This document shows, piece after piece, positions 17,862 to 28,117 of a stretch of 64,000 nucleotides of DNA. The notes beneath the pieces are model-generated. The model ran no database searches, had not been told where the DNA came from, and saw only the letters and a list, made by a program, of their open reading frames with translations. The stretch lies in contig CAZZIO010000029.1 of the NCBI GenBank assembly GCA_964654465.1, positions 12,998-76,997 on the forward strand, in the 5' to 3' direction. Origin of the DNA: an uncultured Dictyoglomota bacterium (GTDB lineage: Bacteria; Dictyoglomota; Dictyoglomia; Dictyoglomales; Dictyoglomaceae). Within the stretch, counting starts at the first letter, position 1. Each line of letters begins with the position of its first letter. Position numbers and translations under genes: made by a program.

Positions 17862-18647
17862 ATGGATGATGAATTAAAAAGAATTTTAAAACTTTTAGAA
17901 GAAGGAAAAATAAAAGCTGATGAAGCTGAGAAACTTATTGAGGCTCTTGAGGAAAGGAAAGAATCAAAGAGGAAGGATAAATTTGGGTTTGTTAATATGG
18001 GAGAGATTGTAACCGATGCTTTAACTTCTGCTTTTTCTATCATACCGGGCGTTATAGTAAATAGTATGAAGGGGATAAAGCATGTAGATGAGGAATATGA
18101 ATGGTCAGAGGATAAACCACTATTTTTAGAGATTACAGCAGGTGATTTAGGTATAGATGTTTGGCAAGAAGAAAAGATAAGGATAAGGGGAGAAGGTGTA
18201 TTCATTTTAGAAAATAATTTGATTAAATTTTCTGCAGGAGATTTTAATTTGAATTTACCGAAATTAAACACGGTTAAGATGAAAGTTTCCGCAGGGGATG
18301 TAAAGGGAAAATTAGTTGCGAAGGAAAGTGAGATTCTCATAAAAATGGGTGATGGTGATTTATATATAGAGAGTGAGAAATTTAGGGCTGAGGTAAATAT
18401 GGGAGATTTGGATATTGTCTTTGCTAAAGCTCCCTCTCAAGGAGAATTAATTTGTAATACTGGAGATATGTCCATAGTACTTCCTGATGATTTTGATGGA
18501 AAATTAGTAGTAAAAGTTACGATGGGTGAAGCATCTGTCGAAAGAAGGCCAGATATGATTGTGAAAGGTGATACATATATATATGGGAATGGTGAGAAAT
18601 CAGAAATTATTATAAGATGTTCAATGGGTAATATAAATATTAAATGA
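17862..18647 (+). CDS. YvlB/LiaX-like protein (SHOCT-like N-terminus plus DUF4097-type beta repeats)
   Basis: ELKRILKLLEEGKIKADEAEKLIEAL N-terminus; repeated (S/T/M)-x-GD-hydrophobic motifs. Confidence 0.7.
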   Translation: MDDELKRILKLLEEGKIKADEAEKLIEALEERKESKRKDKFGFVNMGEIVTDALTSAFSIIPGVIVNSMKGIKHVDEEYEWSEDKPLFLEITAGDLGIDVWQEEKIRIRGEGVFILENNLIKFSAGDFNLNLPKLNTVKMKVSAGDVKGKLVAKESEILIKMGDGDLYIESEKFRAEVNMGDLDIVFAKAPSQGELICNTGDMSIVLPDDFDGKLVVKVTMGEASVERRPDMIVKGDTYIYGNGEKSEIIIRCSMGNINIK

Positions 18648-18679
18648 ATTTATTATCCTAATACTCCCCTAAGGAGATT

Positions 18680-18708
18680 TTGATTTTTACAAGTTAATAA
18701 GTTATACT
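18680..18708 (+). promoter_or_regulatory. Putative promoter of the beta-mannosidase gene
   Basis: TTGATT-N17-TATACT. Confidence 0.55.
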
Positions 18709-18746
18709 AAACAAAATTTTTATACCTTAGGGGAGGATTTTTAGTT

Positions 18747-21188
18747 ATGGATGTCATTAAATTAGATGGTGAATGGGAGTTTAGAAATACAAAAGAGAGA
18801 AAATGGCTTAAAGCTAAAGTACCAGGTTGTGTTCACTTAGATTTAATGGATAATAATTTAATACCAGATCCTTTTGTGGGGGAAAATGAACTAAAGGTTC
18901 AATGGGTAGAGGAAGAAGATTGGATATATAGGAAAAAATTTAATATAGATAAGGATTTCTTAAAGCATTCTGCTATAGAATTGGAATTTGAAGGAATTGA
19001 TACTTTTTCTGAAGTTTATCTCAATGGGAAGAAAATAGGAGAAACAGATAATATGTTTATTCCTTGGTGTTTTGATGTAAAAAATATATTAGTAGAGGGG
19101 GAAAATCTTCTTGAAGTGAAGCTTTTGTCACCTACAAAAACGCTTAAAGAAAGAGCAGATAATTATCCATATAAACTTCATGGAGGAGATTTTTCTCCCC
19201 GAGTTTTTGGTAGAAAGGCTCAATATTCCTTTGGATGGGACTGGGGACCAAGACTTGCTACTTCAGGTTTGTGGAAGTCAGTGAAAGTAAAGGGTTGGGA
19301 TAAAGCGAGAATTTTAGATGTATGGGTTCCTTTAAGGAATTTAGGTAATCCTGCCCATATAAATCTGGAGCTTGATATAGAGATTCAACAAGCTATGAGT
19401 GTAGATGTGGCGTTTAGGATCTCACATAAAAAGCCTGTTTTGGAACAAAGATTAAGATTTACCCTCCCAGAAGGAAGAGTATTTTTAAAGATACCATTAA
19501 CTATAAAAGATCCTAAACTTTGGTATCCGCAAGGATATGGTGAACAGAACTTGTATAAAATACAACTGATTCTTTTGGATGAGAAAGGTGAGGTTTTAGA
19601 TAAAATAGAGGAAACTTTTGGAATAAGAAAAGTAGAGCTATATACAAAAGAAGACGAGAAAGGTGAATCTTTTATTTTCAAAGTAAATGATGTACCCATC
19701 TTTGCTAAGGGGGCAAATTGGATACCAGCGGATAGTTTTCTTCCAAGATTAAGAGAAGAAGATTATAGATTTCTTCTAACAAAAGCTAAAGAAATGGGAA
19801 CTAATATGCTTAGAGTTTGGGGTGGTGGAATATATGAAAATGATATATTTTACGACTTGTGTGATGAACTTGGCATAATGGTTTGGCAAGATTTTATGTT
19901 TGCATGTGCGGAATATCCAGATGATGAGAAATTTTTAGAAGAAGTACAGAGGGAAGCAGAATTTGTTGTTAAGAGATTAAGAAATCATCCTTCTATTGTT
20001 TTATGGTGTGGTAATAATGAGAATAATTGGGGCTATGTAGCAAAATGGTGGGGTGAAAGAGATAAGTTCTGGGGAGAGGAGATATATAGTAAAGTTTTGC
20101 CAGATGTATGTGCCAGACTTGATTTAACAAGGCCATATTGGCCAAGTAGCCCTTACGGTGGAAGGTATCCAAATAGTGAGGAGGCGGGAGATAGACATAA
20201 CTGGGATATATGGCATGGATGGAAAGACTTTAAAGAGTATCTTAAAGATAATTCTAGATTTGTAAGTGAGTTTGGAATGCAGGCTCCTCCTGTTTCAGAG
20301 ACTATCAGAAAGTTTATTACTTCTGAGAAAGAATATCATCCTCAAAGTAGGGAAATTGAATTTCATAACAAGGCTTATGAGGGTACAGAAAGAATATTAA
20401 GGTATATTTCTGGTTATTTTAAAATTACATCTGATATGGATGATTACATATATCTTTCTCAAATCATCCAAGGGTTAGCGTTAAAAACAGGAATAGAACA
20501 CTGGAGAAATAATAAGTTCCATACTGCAGGAGCACTGATATGGCAACTTAACGATTGTTGGCCGGTAGTGAGTTGGAGCATAATTGATTATTATAAAAAC
20601 TTGAAACCTTCTTACTATTTTGTAAAAAGGTCTTTTAAGAATCTGAAAGTAAATATAGAACCAAGAGACGGTAAACTTTTAATCTTTGTAGTTAATGATA
20701 CCCTGCAATATTTTGAGGGTAAAATAGAATATGCATTTAGTACTTTTAAAGGAAAAAGGAGAGGTAAGAAGGAAACTGCTCTTGATCTTTCTCCTAATAC
20801 ATCTCTAAATGCTATAACAGTTCCTTTGGAAGAAGTAGATAAATATGGAGAATTTTTCTATGTACAACTTTTTGATGAAAAGGGTAATTTAGTTGATCAG
20901 AACGAATATTTCTTTGTTCCATTTAAACATTTAGAACTCCCTAAGGCAGAAGTTATTTATACTGTAGAGGAGCTTGACAAAGAAATATATAGAGTACTTT
21001 TGGAAAGTGATTTCATTGCTTTATTTGTAGCATTGGAACTTCCAAATGCGGAATGGGAAGATAATTATTTTACTATTTATCCAAAAGATAAATATGAGGT
21101 AATTTTTAGAGCTCCCTATACTCTTAAAGAGATAGAAGAAAATTTAAAAATTAAAGGATTGAATTTAAAAAAGGTAAGAAAGGCTTAA
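18747..21188 (+). CDS. GH2 beta-mannosidase
   Basis: RKAQYSFGWDWGP, KGANWIP, RVWGGG, WQDFMFAC, WCGNNE, SEFG, WQLNDCWP. Confidence 0.93.
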   Translation: MDVIKLDGEWEFRNTKERKWLKAKVPGCVHLDLMDNNLIPDPFVGENELKVQWVEEEDWIYRKKFNIDKDFLKHSAIELEFEGIDTFSEVYLNGKKIGETDNMFIPWCFDVKNILVEGENLLEVKLLSPTKTLKERADNYPYKLHGGDFSPRVFGRKAQYSFGWDWGPRLATSGLWKSVKVKGWDKARILDVWVPLRNLGNPAHINLELDIEIQQAMSVDVAFRISHKKPVLEQRLRFTLPEGRVFLKIPLTIKDPKLWYPQGYGEQNLYKIQLILLDEKGEVLDKIEETFGIRKVELYTKEDEKGESFIFKVNDVPIFAKGANWIPADSFLPRLREEDYRFLLTKAKEMGTNMLRVWGGGIYENDIFYDLCDELGIMVWQDFMFACAEYPDDEKFLEEVQREAEFVVKRLRNHPSIVLWCGNNENNWGYVAKWWGERDKFWGEEIYSKVLPDVCARLDLTRPYWPSSPYGGRYPNSEEAGDRHNWDIWHGWKDFKEYLKDNSRFVSEFGMQAPPVSETIRKFITSEKEYHPQSREIEFHNKAYEGTERILRYISGYFKITSDMDDYIYLSQIIQGLALKTGIEHWRNNKFHTAGALIWQLNDCWPVVSWSIIDYYKNLKPSYYFVKRSFKNLKVNIEPRDGKLLIFVVNDTLQYFEGKIEYAFSTFKGKRRGKKETALDLSPNTSLNAITVPLEEVDKYGEFFYVQLFDEKGNLVDQNEYFFVPFKHLELPKAEVIYTVEELDKEIYRVLLESDFIALFVALELPNAEWEDNYFTIYPKDKYEVIFRAPYTLKEIEENLKIKGLNLKKVRKA

Positions 21189-21698
21189 TTTACAAATAGG
21201 ACAGAAATTATAGCTTTTTCTATCGGTGTCTGATATAGAATTAGAAAAATGCATGACACACTCTGGGTTTGGACAATGGGAGAGACCCAGAGTGTGTCCA
21301 AGTTCATGGACCGATTCTTTTAAGGTGCGGATATATAAAATTTCATGATTTTTCGGTAATCTGTAGAAACTATTATCTAATCGTGCTATACTTACTAAGG
21401 CTTCTTTTCCATTAAGTTTTGCTTGCCCAAATATAAAATTAAGTCCATGGGTATATAAATCCACATTCGTTATTCCAAGGACCTTAAAACTATCGGGTAT
21501 TTTTAATTTGGTAAGTATGTCAAGAAAAGGTAAAGAAAGGTATTGATTTCTTTCAGGATTGTAAGTATTGCTGGGTATAGGTAAGTTAAAGTATGTTTTT
21601 ACAGGAAAAGGAATAATCTTAGGAAGATTTGCTGAAAGAAAGTCTAAAATATCTTTATCTATATTATCAAAAGGAACCAAATATATAAATTTTTCCAT
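21165..21698 (-). CDS. Archaemetzincin-type zinc metalloprotease (M54)
   Basis: HELGHTLGLSHC-x4-CVM...FCPIC; LNFIFG. Confidence 0.88.
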   Translation of the reverse strand: MEKFIYLVPFDNIDKDILDFLSANLPKIIPFPVKTYFNLPIPSNTYNPERNQYLSLPFLDILTKLKIPDSFKVLGITNVDLYTHGLNFIFGQAKLNGKEALVSIARLDNSFYRLPKNHEILYIRTLKESVHELGHTLGLSHCPNPECVMHFSNSISDTDRKSYNFCPICKLSLSYLF

Positions 21699-21706
21699 TT
21701 TTTTAT

Positions 21707-21736
21707 AAAGAGGGAGAGGGATTACTCTCCCTCTTT
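21707..21736. terminator. 12-bp stem hairpin between the GH130 and archaemetzincin genes
   Basis: AAAGAGGGAGAG-ggatta-CTCTCCCTCTTT. Confidence 0.65.
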
Positions 21737-21742
21737 TTATTT

Positions 21743-22738
21743 TTATTCATATTTTATTCCATCTTCTTTTAGAAAATCAATTATCTCATCCACATACGCA
21801 AAAGCAAGAGCAACTACTGTATCCGCACCGCCATAATAGATGGCAAGCCTACCTGTCTCAGCATCACATAAGGATGCACAAGGAAATGCTACATTAGGTA
21901 CATCTCCTACACATTCATAATATTCTTGAGGGGAAAGTAGATAAGAACGAGCTCTATATTTTACTTTCCATGGTTTTTCTAAATCTAAAAGGGCAGCACT
22001 AAAGCTATATACATAACCATTACAAGAAAGTAATACTCCATGATAGATTAAGAGCCAACCCTCGCTAGTTTCTATAGGAGTAGGACCTGCTCCTATTTTA
22101 AGGGATTGCCATCCAGTAAGTCCTGCTGACATAACAAATCTATGACAACCCCAATGGATCATGTCTGGACTCTCGCTATAGAATATATCCCCAAAAGGTG
22201 TATGACCTCTGTCAGAAGGTCTGCTTAACATAGCATATTTGCCATTTATTTTTCTTGGAAAAAGTACTCCATTTCTATTGTAAGGTAAGAAGGCATTTTC
22301 TAATTGATAAAATTCCTTAAAATCAAAGGTATATCCTACTCCTATGGTTGGTCCATGGTAACCGTTACACCATGTAATATAATATCGATCTTCAATAAAA
22401 GTAACTCTTGGATCATATTTGTATTCACTTACCAATGGATCCTTAGTTTCTTGTATGAAGTTAATAGGTTCCTCTTCAATAGTCCAATTAATTCCGTCAT
22501 CACTAAATCCGGCGTGCAAGTTCATTGATCTTGCTTTGTCGTCAACTCTAAAAACCCCTGCAAATTTTCCATTGAATGTAACTACTGCACTGTTAAATAT
22601 GCTGTTTGCTCTTTTAATATGGTTCCTTTTGATGATGGGATTCTTAGAATATCTCCATACTACATCATTACAACCTTTTGGGCGTTCTTCCCAGGGTAAA
22701 TTTGGAATCTTTTCTCCAATAATTTGGACTTTACCCAT
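21743..22738 (-). CDS. GH130 beta-1,4-mannooligosaccharide phosphorylase
   Basis: [55 protein letters not shown]. Confidence 0.9.
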   Translation of the reverse strand: MGKVQIIGEKIPNLPWEERPKGCNDVVWRYSKNPIIKRNHIKRANSIFNSAVVTFNGKFAGVFRVDDKARSMNLHAGFSDDGINWTIEEEPINFIQETKDPLVSEYKYDPRVTFIEDRYYITWCNGYHGPTIGVGYTFDFKEFYQLENAFLPYNRNGVLFPRKINGKYAMLSRPSDRGHTPFGDIFYSESPDMIHWGCHRFVMSAGLTGWQSLKIGAGPTPIETSEGWLLIYHGVLLSCNGYVYSFSAALLDLEKPWKVKYRARSYLLSPQEYYECVGDVPNVAFPCASLCDAETGRLAIYYGGADTVVALAFAYVDEIIDFLKEDGIKYE

Positions 22739-22765
22739 AATTTAAAGCCTCCTTTTTTTCTATTT

Positions 22766-22794
22766 ATGTTAACTTAGATGTTCTGTTAAGTCAA
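22766..22794 (-). promoter_or_regulatory. Putative promoter of the GH130 gene
   Basis: TTGACT-N17-TAACAT on the minus strand. Confidence 0.5.
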
Positions 22795-22890
22795 TAAATA
22801 TCAGTGAAAATAGTAACATAAAAGTGGGGTTTTGATAATTGAAATTAATAATAAATTGGATTTAATTTATGGGGATAATAATAAATAAAT

Positions 22891-22965
22891 TGGCTCCTCG
22901 GGCAGGATTCGAACCTGCAACCCGCCGGTTAACAGCCGGCCGCTCTACCGTTGAGCTACCGAGGA
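22891..22965 (-). tRNA. tRNA-Asn (GTT)
   Basis: Reverse complement TCCTCGGTAGCTCAACGGTAGAGCGGCCGGCTGTTAACCGGCGGGTTGCAGGTTCGAATCCTGCCCGAGGAGCCA: cloverleaf, GTT anticodon, TTCGAAT T-loop, encoded CCA. Confidence 0.97.
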
Positions 22966-22989
22966 GCGAATAAGTTATTGTTGTAAAAA

Positions 22990-23018
22990 ATTATATAAAA
23001 AACTTTTTGGAAAATCAA
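22990..23018 (-). promoter_or_regulatory. Promoter of tRNA-Asn
   Basis: TTGATT-N17-TATAAT on the minus strand. Confidence 0.65.
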
Positions 23019-23116
23019 GTACTATATATTTTTTTAATTATTACCCTCTTCCCAAAAACTTTTTGCTTTAGTAATATATCAAAGGTTATGTATAAAACTT
23101 TGATAAAGGAGGATAA

Positions 23117-24460
<1,344 letters not shown>

Positions 24461-24466
24461 CAAGTT

Positions 24467-24520
24467 AAAAGCCCTTCCTCAGAAAAGAGTAAGTTGATTT
24501 TTAGAAGAGGAAGGGCTTTT
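24467..24520. terminator. 14-bp perfect inverted repeat, probable bidirectional terminator overlapping the radical SAM 3' end
   Basis: AAAAGCCCTTCCTC-N26-GAGGAAGGGCTTTT. Confidence 0.55.
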
Positions 24521-25615
24521 TCCATTTATAAGAATGAAATTTTTGCACTTTTCTATTGGAATTCCTATTTTCTTTAATTCTTTTAAATCTTTTATCTTAT
24601 TTTCTCTTCTCGCTTTGATTATTCTTGAGGCAAAGGCTGGACCTATTCCAGGAATTCTTATGAGTTTATCATATGGTGCAGAGTTTATCTCTATAGGGAA
24701 AAATTCAGGATGATTTTTAGCCCATACTGTTTTAGGATCTTCATCCGGAGGTAAATTTCCATTCTCATTAAACACAAGTTCTTCTATATCAAAACCATAT
24801 TTTCTTATTAGAAAATCAGCTTCATATAATCTTACTTCTCTCCAAGTAGAAGTAGGTGGAAGGTCGGATAAAGGAGTAAGGGGAATAGGCTGAAAAGCGC
24901 TAAAATAGGCTCTTGATAAATGATAATTTTTATAGAGATTGAAGGTAAGGTTAAGAATTTCTTTATCCCTTTCTTGTGATGCACCAACTACAAATTGAGT
25001 TGTTATACCTGCTTTTGTCCTTAACCCCTTTTTATATAATTCTTTTAAAGTTTCCAATTTTTGAAGAAGAAAATTAAAATTCTTTTCAGGCGCAATTTCT
25101 TTTAGATATTTTTCTGATGGGGCTTCCAAATTTATAGAAATTCGATCTGCATATTTTATAGCGGTCTCTATATAATCTAAAGAAGATTCTGGGAGTATTT
25201 TTAAATGAATATATCCTTTAAAATTGTGAACTTCTCTAAGTATTTCTACCGATTTTAGCATTTGTTCCATAGTATATTTAGGTGATTTAGTTATTGCGGA
25301 ACTTAAAAATAATCCATCTACCAAATTCTTTCTATGAAGTTCTAAGAATAATCTAACAAGCTCATCTGCTGTAAGAGTTACTCTTTGAAATGGTCTATTA
25401 GCTCTGTTAGCACAATAATAGCAGTTATGAATACAATCATTTGAGAGTAAAATTTTTAAAAGTCTTACTGTCTTTCCATCAGGAAGGACTGTAGGATAGA
25501 TCCAACCGCTTATGGATGGCTTTCTTTTTATGGCTTCTTGAGAACATAAAAAGGACCCACATAGATCGAACTTTGCTGATTCTGCTAATATTTCGATTTT
25601 ATCGCTTATATGCAT
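24479..25615 (-). CDS. Putative DNA modification/repair radical SAM protein (TIGR03916-like) with helix-hairpin-helix
   Basis: CIHNCYYC, GLFLSSA, GYIHLK, TQFVVGA, RLYEADFL, INSAPYDKLIRIPGIG HhH, C-terminal QLTLF. Confidence 0.85.
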   Translation of the reverse strand: MHISDKIEILAESAKFDLCGSFLCSQEAIKRKPSISGWIYPTVLPDGKTVRLLKILLSNDCIHNCYYCANRANRPFQRVTLTADELVRLFLELHRKNLVDGLFLSSAITKSPKYTMEQMLKSVEILREVHNFKGYIHLKILPESSLDYIETAIKYADRISINLEAPSEKYLKEIAPEKNFNFLLQKLETLKELYKKGLRTKAGITTQFVVGASQERDKEILNLTFNLYKNYHLSRAYFSAFQPIPLTPLSDLPPTSTWREVRLYEADFLIRKYGFDIEELVFNENGNLPPDEDPKTVWAKNHPEFFPIEINSAPYDKLIRIPGIGPAFASRIIKARRENKIKDLKELKKIGIPIEKCKNFILINGKSPSSSKNQLTLF

Positions 25616-25659
25616 TTTGTCATCTATGAGGGTCCTTTTTTAAAATAAAAAAATATCAA

Positions 25660-25767
25660 TTAAGCCTTTTTAAGTTCTTTTAAAAGTAGCTTTAGCCTTT
25701 CCTTTTTCCTTTTTTCTCTTGCCTTTCTTCTTTTCCTCTTAAGTATTACCCTCCATTGTTTTCCCAT
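25660..25767 (-). CDS. Small Lys/Arg-rich protein, 35 aa, not in the ORF track
   Basis: MGKQWRVILKRKRRKAREKRKKERLKLLLKELKKA*; SD AGGGGTG; extended -10 TGATATAAT at 25808-25816. Confidence 0.65.
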   Translation of the reverse strand: MGKQWRVILKRKRRKAREKRKKERLKLLLKELKKA

Positions 25768-25821
25768 TTCTTTCACCCCTGCTATAAGTTTAGTTTTATC
25801 AAATGATATTATATCAAAATA

Positions 25822-26175
25822 CTACTTTTTAAAAAGATCTATTATTTTATCCCAAAGATTTTTCTCTTCTTCTTTTTTCTCAATTATTAGGATTGGCTCT
25901 TCATTAGGTTTTGCCATAAAAAGTTTTTCTCTTGCAATTTTCTCTATTATATATGGATCATCTGTATTGTAAGCTATCTCTCTTAATTCTTTAACTTTTT
26001 TTTCAAGGACTGATTTTCTTTGATAAAGTTCCTTTAGTTTTTGGGAATAAGTTATATAATCTCTAATCCCCATATATATAGATGGGCTTAGATATAGAAA
26101 AAAAAGAACTAAAAGTATTTTGCTTATAGGATTTCTTTTCTTTCTGTCCTTTTTAAGATATTCTTGCCACCCCAC
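25822..26175 (-). CDS. Septum formation initiator (FtsB/DivIC family)
   Basis: Basic N-terminus, one TM, coiled coil, IEKIAREKLFMAKPNE. Confidence 0.8.
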   Translation of the reverse strand: MGWQEYLKKDRKKRNPISKILLVLFFLYLSPSIYMGIRDYITYSQKLKELYQRKSVLEKKVKELREIAYNTDDPYIIEKIAREKLFMAKPNEEPILIIEKKEEEKNLWDKIIDLFKK

Positions 26176-27898
26176 GATATATTACTCCTCTTTCAGGGTC
26201 TATAGTTATAATCTCATTATCTCTTAATTTTTCAAAGAGATTTTTGGCTCCAACTATTATACCTAATCCCTTACTTCTCCATGGGATTAATGATGGTGGA
26301 ATTTTTTCATCTTCAATAACAAGACCGACTAATTTGTCAAAGAGAGGTTCTATCTCAAGATCATAAGACTTTATCAGTAATATAGCTCCATCTATCTCTT
26401 TACTAAGAGCTTCCTTAGGGTTTTGAGCTAATATAACCTTGGCGGTTTTGGAATCTCCACCAAGTCCATGTCCTTGTCCTATGATATCACTTATTACATG
26501 TACCTTTATAAGATTTGTCATACCAGAGATTCCCATGGGTATACCAGCAGTGATTACAACTGTGTCTCCTCTTTTAACATATTCTTTTTGAAGAAGTAAC
26601 TTGGTAGATTTTTCAAACATTTCATCGGTAGTGTAAAAAATCTCAGTTAAAAGTGGAATTACACCCCAAGATAGGTTGAGTCTTCTTCTTACTTCAGAAA
26701 AGTGGGTAATGGCAAATATGGGAGCATTGGGTCTATATTTTGATATTTGTCTTGCTGTAAAACCACTATGAGTAGCTGTTACAATTGCTGAAGCTTTTAT
26801 TTCTTTGGCTATTTGGCATGTGGAGAAGGTTATAGCTTTAGTTATAGTAGTATTACAATCTGTTTCTTTTAAAAAATCGTCATATGGAAAGCTTTCTTCA
26901 ACTTTCTTTGCAATTTTATCCATCATTTTTACGCTTTCTATGGGATATTTACCCATTGCAGTTTCGTTTGATAACATAATAGCATCTGTACCGTCTAATA
27001 TGGCATTTGCCACATCACTTACTTCTGCCCTTGTGGGAGTAGGATTACTTACCATAGATATTAACATCTGGGTGGCTGTAATTACAGGTTTTCCTGCTAA
27101 TCTTGTTTCCTTTATTATTCTTTTTTGAATTAAGGGAACTTCCTCATTTGAAATCTCTATTGCTAAATCTCCTCTTGCTACCATTATAGCATCTGCTACT
27201 TCTAATATTTCTTTAAAATTATTTACTGCTTCTCTTTTTTCAATTTTGGCTATTACAGGAATTTTGGCATCATGTAATTCAAGGAATTCTTTTAACTCTA
27301 TTATATCTGAAGCTCTTTGCACAAAGGACAATGCAATGTAGTCTACCTTGTTTTCTATGCCAAATATGGTATCTTTTTTATCCTTCTCTGTAAGAGGTGA
27401 AACTCTTAATTTAGAGTCTGGGAAATTAACTCCTTTTCTTTCTGAAAGATAACCCCCATGAATAATTCCACATACTAATTTGTCTTCTTTTTTATCCATG
27501 ACTTTCAATTCTATAAGTCCATCATCTATAAGTATTCTATCTCCAATATTTACATCCTCTAATAGATAGGGGTAGTTAACATAAAGAATTTTCTCGTTGC
27601 CTATAGTTTCCTTAGGAGTAAGATAGATTTCTTCTCCATCTTTGATAAATATTTTGTCCTTTTCTAATTCTCCTATCCTTATTTTAGGTCCTTGAAGGTC
27701 TTGAATAATAGGAATTGGTTTGTCTAATTCTTCTGAAAATTTTCTTATAAGTCTTATTCTTTCTCCATGGACATTATAATCTCCATGGGAGAAGTTTAAT
27801 CTTGCCACATCCATTCCTGCTCTAATAAGTTCCTTTAATACTTCTTCTTTTTCACTGGCAGGACCTATTGTACATACTATTTTGGTCTTTCTAAACAA
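26153..27898 (-). CDS. pyk: Pyruvate kinase with C-terminal PEP-utiliser-like extension
   Basis: RKTKIVCTIGPAS, ARLNFSHG, DLQGPKIR, MVARGDL, TATQML, PTRAEVSDV. Confidence 0.97.
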   Translation of the reverse strand: MFRKTKIVCTIGPASEKEEVLKELIRAGMDVARLNFSHGDYNVHGERIRLIRKFSEELDKPIPIIQDLQGPKIRIGELEKDKIFIKDGEEIYLTPKETIGNEKILYVNYPYLLEDVNIGDRILIDDGLIELKVMDKKEDKLVCGIIHGGYLSERKGVNFPDSKLRVSPLTEKDKKDTIFGIENKVDYIALSFVQRASDIIELKEFLELHDAKIPVIAKIEKREAVNNFKEILEVADAIMVARGDLAIEISNEEVPLIQKRIIKETRLAGKPVITATQMLISMVSNPTPTRAEVSDVANAILDGTDAIMLSNETAMGKYPIESVKMMDKIAKKVEESFPYDDFLKETDCNTTITKAITFSTCQIAKEIKASAIVTATHSGFTARQISKYRPNAPIFAITHFSEVRRRLNLSWGVIPLLTEIFYTTDEMFEKSTKLLLQKEYVKRGDTVVITAGIPMGISGMTNLIKVHVISDIIGQGHGLGGDSKTAKVILAQNPKEALSKEIDGAILLIKSYDLEIEPLFDKLVGLVIEDEKIPPSLIPWRSKGLGIIVGAKNLFEKLRDNEIITIDPERGVIYRGVARIS

Positions 27899-28116
27899 CT
27901 TTTTTCCCTCCTTTGTTTAATATATATTTTAGTATTATCTGAGAGCGCTCCTTCTAATCCAATCTCAAAACCATCTTCATTAACAACAATATACTCCCCA
28001 TCTATGCATTTTTTATAGATATCCATGTCATAAGAAATCAGGGCATGCTTTACTTGCATGCCCTGAAATACTTCTAACAATTTATTATTTACAAAAACCT
28101 TAATCTTTTCTTTCAA
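27877..28116 (-). CDS. Small hypothetical protein, 79 aa
   Basis: ORF packed between the nucleotidase and pyk, normal composition. Confidence 0.6.
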   Translation of the reverse strand: MKEKIKVFVNNKLLEVFQGMQVKHALISYDMDIYKKCIDGEYIVVNEDGFEIGLEGALSDNTKIYIKQRREKSCLERPK

Positions 28117-28117
28117 A

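Noticed and set aside
22891..22965. tRNA-Asn as an integration site for an island
   Set aside because: No integrase or duplicated tRNA 3' end seen; flanks are ordinary metabolic genes
26153..26480. Pyruvate kinase C-terminal domain as a phospho-His relay
   Set aside because: The extension is known from Firmicute-type enzymes, and the TSH motif is not recognisable here
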